The notes beneath the pieces were generated by a model. The model saw only the letters and a program-made list of their open reading frames with translations, had not been told where the DNA came from and ran no database searches. This document shows, piece after piece, positions 42,328-47,620 of a DNA stretch of 47,620 nucleotides. Source of the DNA: Acidobacteriota bacterium (GTDB lineage: Bacteria > Actinomycetota > Acidimicrobiia > Spongiisociales > UBA11373); contig JACZWZ010000003.1 in NCBI GenBank assembly GCA_022571885.1, positions 1 through 47,620 of the forward strand. The letters are read 5' to 3'. Each line of letters starts with the position of its first letter. Within the stretch, counting starts at the first letter, position 1. The position numbers were made by a program, and so were the translations under genes.

Positions 42328-43437
42328 ATGACAGCGGTGATGACACCTCCGGCGACCGACGGGTTCCCGATGTTTTCGGAGGACCTGGTGGAGCGGTTGG
42401 TGCAGCAACGTCGTGCGGCGGCTTCGATCGAGGCCGAGTGCACTGCTCTGGTTGCCGAGATGATCCGGCGCGACATCCACGATGATCTCGGTTACCGGTC
42501 GATGACATCGCTGCTGATGGACCGTCTCGGCGTGTCGGCCGGCGTGGCTCGGGCGATGATCAGCGTCGCTACTGCGGTGGCCGACATGCCGCCCACTCTC
42601 GCCGCACTGACGTCGGGTGACCTCGATCTGGCTCGGGTGCGGTTGCTGGTCGCAGCGCGTGAGATCAACTCGACGCTGTTCGCCGATCATGAACAGACGC
42701 TGGTCGACACCATCTCCGGGCTGGGGATGCGTGATGCCGGTCGAGCGTTGGACTACTGGTCGCAGCAGGCCGCCCTCGACGTCGTCGAGCACGATGCCCA
42801 GACGGTGCGGGAACGGCGCCGTCTGCACGTATCGGTCCTGAGCGGGATGGTGCACATCGACGGTCGCCTGGATCCGGTGGCCGGTCAGGTGGTGATCACC
42901 GCTCTCAACAGCCTCACCGATTCCGCCAACCTCGATTCCGACGACGGGCGCACCGCTTCCCAGCGTCGCGCCGACGCCCTGACCGATCTGTGCCGGGATC
43001 ACCTCGACCACAACGATCTTCCGGCCCAGCGCAAGGAGCGTCCCCACGTGATGGTCCATCTCTCGCTTGAAGCGTTGGAAGGCCGGGCCGGCAATCCATG
43101 CGAGTTGGATGACACCGGTGTGATCACTCCACAGACTGCACGACAACTGGCGTGCGACGCCAAGATCACCCGCGTCATCACCCGGGGCGAGTCCCAGGTG
43201 CTCGATGTGGGGCGGGCCACCCGAGTGATCTCAACAGGTCTTCGCAGCGCTCTTGTGACCCGCGACGGCGGCTGCATCATCGACGGTTGCGGAGCTCCCC
43301 GGCGCTGGTGCGATGCGCACCACGTTGTCCACTGGGCCGACGGCGGACCGACCAGTCTCGACAACCTGGTCCTGCTGTGCGGGCGTCACCACACCTTGGT
43401 CCACGACGGCAGAGTCCGACTACCCCGGCGGGAATGA
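42328..43437 (+). CDS. DUF222 domain + HNH endonuclease (13E12-repeat-family type)
   Basis: 369 aa with a DUF222-like N-terminal two thirds. The C-terminal HNH region is CIIDGCGAPRRWCDAHHVVHWADGGPTSLDNLVLLCGRHHTLVH. Confidence 0.85.
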   Translation: MTAVMTPPATDGFPMFSEDLVERLVQQRRAAASIEAECTALVAEMIRRDIHDDLGYRSMTSLLMDRLGVSAGVARAMISVATAVADMPPTLAALTSGDLDLARVRLLVAAREINSTLFADHEQTLVDTISGLGMRDAGRALDYWSQQAALDVVEHDAQTVRERRRLHVSVLSGMVHIDGRLDPVAGQVVITALNSLTDSANLDSDDGRTASQRRADALTDLCRDHLDHNDLPAQRKERPHVMVHLSLEALEGRAGNPCELDDTGVITPQTARQLACDAKITRVITRGESQVLDVGRATRVISTGLRSALVTRDGGCIIDGCGAPRRWCDAHHVVHWADGGPTSLDNLVLLCGRHHTLVHDGRVRLPRRE

Positions 43438-43438
43438 G

Positions 43439-44326
43439 TCAGGTATTGGACAGGACTGCTTCGATCATGCGGTGGCCGTTCTGGACGATGATCGGGTTCG
43501 TTTCCACGTAGTAGGGGATTGCCTGTGCCGCCATCGAGATCGCCCAACCGCGGCCCCGCTCCCAGGTGGCGTCGTCGACGCCGAGCTCTGACCGGAACAC
43601 CGGCCTGCTGTAGGCGTCGAGCAGGCTCCAGGCGACGATCATGTCGATCGCCGGGTCGCCGACTCCGACGCCGCCAAAGTCGATCACGGCTGTGATTCGG
43701 CCGTCGCCGGCAAGCAAGTTCGAGTGCCACAGGTCCCCGTGGGTCCAGACTGGCGGCCGCTCCCAGTCGGGTGCGGCGAGGGCCCTCTCCCAGGCCGCCG
43801 TCACTGTCTCCATGTCGACCACGCCTCCCAGTTGGCCGATGGCGGCACGAGTCGCTTGATCTGCGGTCACCAGCGGCACGCCGCGACGGGTGTTGGCTGG
43901 GGCTCCGGCGGTGTCGATCCCCTGAAATGCCTTGACGAAGTTGGCCACGTCGGTTGCGGCTCGCCTCAGGTCCGGCACCGTGTGGTCGGTCGCCATCTCG
44001 CCGTCGAGCCACCGATGCACCGCCCAGGGGAATGGATAGCTGGCGCCCGGTCTGCCTCTTGCGATCGGGATGGGCACCACCAGAGGCAGATGTGGTGCCA
44101 GGCGAGGCGACCACACGAACTCCGTCTCGATCGCGGGCACACCCCACTCGGCGAGCGGAAGCCGCGCCGCCAGGTCGGTGCCCATCCGGAAGATGGCGTT
44201 GACGGTGCCGCCCGAGTCGATGCGCTCGATGGGAAGGTCGGCCCAGTCCGGGAACTGGTCGCGCACCAGCCGGCTCACGAGTCCGGTGTCGATCGGGACC
44301 TCGTCGGTGTGCAGCTGGGGCGACAT
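43439..44326 (-). CDS. Aminoglycoside/antibiotic-type phosphotransferase (APH family)
   Basis: THGDLWHSNLL catalytic loop and VIDFGGVGVGDPAIDM. 295 aa. Confidence 0.75.
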   Translation of the reverse strand: MSPQLHTDEVPIDTGLVSRLVRDQFPDWADLPIERIDSGGTVNAIFRMGTDLAARLPLAEWGVPAIETEFVWSPRLAPHLPLVVPIPIARGRPGASYPFPWAVHRWLDGEMATDHTVPDLRRAATDVANFVKAFQGIDTAGAPANTRRGVPLVTADQATRAAIGQLGGVVDMETVTAAWERALAAPDWERPPVWTHGDLWHSNLLAGDGRITAVIDFGGVGVGDPAIDMIVAWSLLDAYSRPVFRSELGVDDATWERGRGWAISMAAQAIPYYVETNPIIVQNGHRMIEAVLSNT

Positions 44327-44468
44327 GAGGCCCGATTGTGGTCGGGTCGAGCTTTGAGGGCGTCGTGGCGTCCTTCACAGTGTCGTCGAACGGACACTTG
44401 CGGGGTCGAGACGGCGACGCCACGCTACAACTGTCGAGTGACGGACCAACGCACGAGGGGTTGAGCAA

Positions 44469-44966
44469 ATGGTCGCAAAGTGGCTTGGTGTCCTGTTGCT
44501 CTTTGCCCTTGTTGCGTCGGCTTGTGCATCCGACTCGGCGCCGATGGCGCTCGACGATTACGCGGTAGCGATGCAAGCGGTCGAGACCAGCTTCGAGGGT
44601 GACGCTCCCGATCCGCTGAACCAGCCGGAAGACCGCAGTGGGTACCCGCTGGGTGGGGACCTGGTGGCGGCTAACGCCCTTTTTTCCGAGTTCGACAAAC
44701 GTCTCGATGGATGGCGTGCGATCAGCCCGCCAACGAGCATCGCCGGGCTGCATGATCGACTCGTTGAGGCGCTTGACGCGATCCAGCGAGCAGTCGGCGA
44801 TTACCTCGGCAGCGAGGCGATGGCCGGCACCGAGTTCGAGTTCAGCTCAATTGGAAGTGCGGTTGCTCCCTTTCTTCAGAAAGCGGTCGCAGCCTGCCGC
44901 CAGCTGCGGACGGCTATTCGGGACGCAGGTGCCAAAGTTGACTTCGCCGGGGACTGCGACTTCTGA
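44469..44966 (+). CDS. Hypothetical lipoprotein
   Basis: Signal peptide with a lipobox-like LVASAC (MVAKWLGVLLLFALVASACAS). Confidence 0.55.
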   Translation: MVAKWLGVLLLFALVASACASDSAPMALDDYAVAMQAVETSFEGDAPDPLNQPEDRSGYPLGGDLVAANALFSEFDKRLDGWRAISPPTSIAGLHDRLVEALDAIQRAVGDYLGSEAMAGTEFEFSSIGSAVAPFLQKAVAACRQLRTAIRDAGAKVDFAGDCDF

Positions 44967-45010
44967 CGCCGCGACCATCGACCACCCTGTGTTTGGCCTT
45001 AGCGGCGCCC

Positions 45011-45853
45011 TCAGGCAGCCTGTGCAGCCATCGCCCTGACCAGGTTGCCGTTGGTGGCCCCGATGAAGGAATGGTCGGCGACTTCGACCCAAGTCTCCCG
45101 GGTGATCGGCTCTGAGGCGATGGCGATCGCCCGGTAGCGGCTCTCTCCGGGGCCGCTCAGATGAGTGGCGTCACACACCTCGCAGTCGGTGCGGCCGGTG
45201 CGTTCGGTAAGGTACAGGCTGTTGCCCCAGCGGCTCGCTCCCAGATGGACGCCATCAGTCAGCAAGAAGTTAAGGCGGGCCGGCTCACGAGTGATGGCTG
45301 CCGCCCGGTGACTCAGTTCCGGGACTGCGGTGGCCAGCAGATCGAGGATGTCGTTGACCGAGTCGGCCCCCGACAGGGGATCGAGTCCATGCTCGTGCAT
45401 CCGCCCCAGCAGCCAGAGGAACATCAGCTCACTGTCGGTTTCTCCCCGCCGCTGTCGGAGGAGATGATCCGGGATCTCGGCTTTGAGCTGCGGCCCGAGT
45501 TTGTCGAATCCGGCGAGGGTGCCGTTGTGGGCGAAGAGCCATGGCCCATGGTGGAAGGGGTGGCTGTTGTCGAGGCCACTCGATCCCACCGTCGCGGCGC
45601 GGATGTGTGCGATCACGTTTCGCGACACGACTTGAGCGGCTGTGTTCCTGAACTCGGTGTCGTGAGCTGCGGCGCGAGCGCTCTTGTACACCGCCGGAGC
45701 CCCATGCTCGTAAACCCCTACTCCCCAACCGTCCGGGTTGGCGATACCCCGCGAGTCCAGAATGCTCTGCTGAAGCAGGGCGTTCTGAGCTTCCACGAGG
45801 GCACATTCGACTCGTGCCGGCTGATTGCCGGTGATCCCGTAGAGACGACACAT
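45011..45853 (-). CDS. Class II (Ntn-type) glutamine amidotransferase
   Basis: MCRLYG N-terminus (Cys2 nucleophile), NPDGWGV, and HIRAATVGS...NSHPF...FAHNG. Confidence 0.75.
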   Translation of the reverse strand: MCRLYGITGNQPARVECALVEAQNALLQQSILDSRGIANPDGWGVGVYEHGAPAVYKSARAAAHDTEFRNTAAQVVSRNVIAHIRAATVGSSGLDNSHPFHHGPWLFAHNGTLAGFDKLGPQLKAEIPDHLLRQRRGETDSELMFLWLLGRMHEHGLDPLSGADSVNDILDLLATAVPELSHRAAAITREPARLNFLLTDGVHLGASRWGNSLYLTERTGRTDCEVCDATHLSGPGESRYRAIAIASEPITRETWVEVADHSFIGATNGNLVRAMAAQAA

Positions 45854-46099
45854 GGTGGTTCCTTTCGAAGCCTCGGGAGGAACAACGCTCCACGGTTTCG
45901 ATTGGTCGGGAAACTGTCGGTTGCATGACCATCACCCGGCAAGGTCTCAGCCGACGACGACCACCTCGAAGCCGAGGGTCGCTGCTGGGGATCCGAATTT
46001 GGTCACCACCAGCCGAAGTTCCACGTCGCCGGTAGGTGCGATTGGTTCGTCCAGTCGAATGCTCCATTCCCGGGCGGACCCGCCCAGCGCGGTGTGCGG

Positions 46100-46597
46100 T
46101 CAGCCGGGAGCATGAGCATCGGGTTCGTTCGCCAACGACCCAGTCTCACTGAGGTAGAAGGTGCGCGGTCCGGACGCCAGCTGAATGGTCAGATGATTGT
46201 CGAAGACGCCGCCCGGCGGCACCCCGGGACGTCCCTCGAAATCGGACCAGTCGACCGTGATGCAGCCCGATAGGGGGTGATCGGAATCGCATTGGCGGTC
46301 GGGGCGCTCCACATCGCGCAGGCGCAGCACCAGGGTTTGGCCGGTGACGCTGTCGGGTGGAGTGGTTGCCGTGACCAGCAAGACCTCATGGAAGCCCGGG
46401 TCGGTGAAGGAGCCGGCCGCCGGCACCTCGAACGTGCCCTCGGCCAAGACTATGTCGGCTGCAGCCGGAGCGGGAAGTGCCGACGTTGTTCCCGCGGCTG
46501 TGGGTGGGTCGGTGGGTTGCGAGGGTTCGGACGCCGACGAACCGCACGCGGTCGACAGCAGAGAGGAAATGAATACGATCTTTGCGACCCGGCGCAT
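46100..46597 (-). CDS. Hypothetical lipoprotein
   Basis: MRRVAKIVFISSLLSTACGSS signal/lipobox followed by a Pro/Thr/Ala-rich linker. See the finding on the in-frame TGA and downstream extension. Confidence 0.55.
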   Translation of the reverse strand: MRRVAKIVFISSLLSTACGSSASEPSQPTDPPTAAGTTSALPAPAAADIVLAEGTFEVPAAGSFTDPGFHEVLLVTATTPPDSVTGQTLVLRLRDVERPDRQCDSDHPLSGCITVDWSDFEGRPGVPPGGVFDNHLTIQLASGPRTFYLSETGSLANEPDAHAPG

Positions 46598-46693
46598 CCG
46601 TCGAGCGTAAACCGGCTCTCGCTAGATCCGGTCGACCTGCGCCTGCTCTTTGCCGACCGGACTGCCAACGAGCCGTGCCTGGTCGGGAACCGG

Positions 46694-47620
46694 TTACTGG
46701 CTACCGGTCACCTTGACGTACATGTCGTCGTCGTAGCACCACTTCCACTCATACGGCCCGGGGACTGCCGGCACGGTGTTGGGGTGTCCGGTCTCGAGCC
46801 AGTGCTTGGTGCCGTGTGCCAATTGGCTCTCACAGCAACCGATGTGACCACATGTAACGCACAACCGGGTTTCCTCGTGAGAACCGCACTCCCCACACCG
46901 GGGCCGGTGTCCGGCCTTGTCGACCTGAGGATTCCAGTGGATGCAGGAGCCGGGGATAGTCGGGATCTCGATCGGCCGGGGCGAGTCGGCGGCCAGCCCG
47001 TCGGCCGACAGGATCCTGAGTTCGCCGTCTTCCGTCGCCAGGTAGAGCTCAGCGCCACGAAACAGCGCACGCCGCACCCAGGCCGGTGCCGCGACTCGTT
47101 CGACAGCCTCGCCGAGCGGGGTCCATATCGCAGCGGTCCCGTCGGCCGAGGCCGTCACCAGCCGGTCACCCGATTCGTCCCAGGTCACCGACCACACTTG
47201 AGCGGCATGAGCCGGTATGACGATGGGATCGCCGGCGGCGACGTCGACGATACGCAGGCGACGGTCGCGACCGGTCCAGGCGACGCGCCGGGCGTCCGGG
47301 GACAGGGCGACGCTCCACAACAGCTGGTCGGCACCAGACACAGTGCGACGCAGCCCTCCATCGCCATCGAGCAAGTACAGCTTGCGGTCGCCGTTGGCAA
47401 CCGCAATGACGTCGCCACGCCAGTCCACCGAATTGGTCGGGTAGCCCAGATCGATGCGGCGCACCGCCGAGCCGTTGGGGTCCCAGATTCCGACCGTTCC
47501 GTCCTCGGAACCGCTGGCGATCATGGAATCGTCGTCGGACCAGGTCACCGACATGACCCAGTGAGCGTGGTCGCCCACCACATAACTGCGTCCGATCAGA
47601 GGGTCGTACACCCGCACGGG
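46694..47620 (-). CDS. WD40-repeat protein with C-terminal UBP-type zinc finger (N-terminus outside window)
   Basis: WD units include WVMSVTWSDDDSMIASGSEDGTVGIWD and VWSVTWDESGDRLVTASADGTAAIW. The C-terminal sequence CGECGSHEETRLCVTCGHIGCCESQLAHGTKHWLETGHP...WKWCYDDDMYV fits zf-UBP. Confidence 0.7.
   Translation of the reverse strand, partial: PVRVYDPLIGRSYVVGDHAHWVMSVTWSDDDSMIASGSEDGTVGIWDPNGSAVRRIDLGYPTNSVDWRGDVIAVANGDRKLYLLDGDGGLRRTVSGADQLLWSVALSPDARRVAWTGRDRRLRIVDVAAGDPIVIPAHAAQVWSVTWDESGDRLVTASADGTAAIWTPLGEAVERVAAPAWVRRALFRGAELYLATEDGELRILSADGLAADSPRPIEIPTIPGSCIHWNPQVDKAGHRPRCGECGSHEETRLCVTCGHIGCCESQLAHGTKHWLETGHPNTVPAVPGPYEWKWCYDDDMYVKVTGSQ

Noticed and set aside
43386-44753. 455-aa ORF on the minus strand, out of frame with the APH gene
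   Set aside because: It overlaps the APH-family ORF (43439-44326), which carries the kinase catalytic motifs. This frame is Arg/Pro/Gly-rich and spans the intergenic gap into the lipoprotein gene.

Overview
High-GC (roughly 65%) bacterial chromosome segment. The gene content (gatCAB, F420 gene cofC, an LCP protein, VanW-PASTA, a DUF222/HNH '13E12-type' gene, MsiK-like ATPase) points to Actinomycetota, possibly Acidimicrobiia; this is inference only. Most of the window is housekeeping. It holds a dapC-dapD-dapE and gatC-gatA-gatB run with 4-nt stop/start overlaps, pepN, an S9 peptidase, FAH-gltX, azlCD, tRNA-Gln and tRNA-Glu, an msiK-like gene, cofC and pyk. Three things stand out. (1) Nearly every longer intergenic region carries heptanucleotide-periodic repeat arrays. 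These include a roughly 170-nt dispersed element present three times (24.4, 25.3, 27.4 kb), a shorter related form at 1.2 and 32.9 kb, and arrays whose 7-mer contains a stop codon (CCAGTAA x11, TAGTCCT x3, GTCATTA x4, CTGGTGA x4). (2) An uncharacterised locus at 29.7-36.6 kb has a Cas4-like PD-(D/E)XK nuclease, then an HD-GYP protein plus a 447-aa protein with a restriction-endonuclease-like motif. These lie divergent from a translationally coupled operon of two atypical P-loop GTPases and an IF-2B (eIF2B alpha/beta/delta fold) protein. This is my best candidate for an undescribed system, but the link between the genes is inference. (3) An accessory stretch at 38.3-43.5 kb (MFS, nitrilase, YciI, DUF222-HNH) is punctuated by three copies of a roughly 30-nt repeat and a duplicated HNH-gene leader. 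Also noted are a disrupted HAD hydrolase, an in-frame TGA followed by coding-like sequence, a 55-bp tandem repeat at the left edge, and a partial WD40 protein with a UBP-type zinc finger at the right edge. No CRISPR array, rRNA, transposase or integrase was recognised. Many long ORFs in the track are antisense shadow ORFs typical of high-GC DNA and were rejected.
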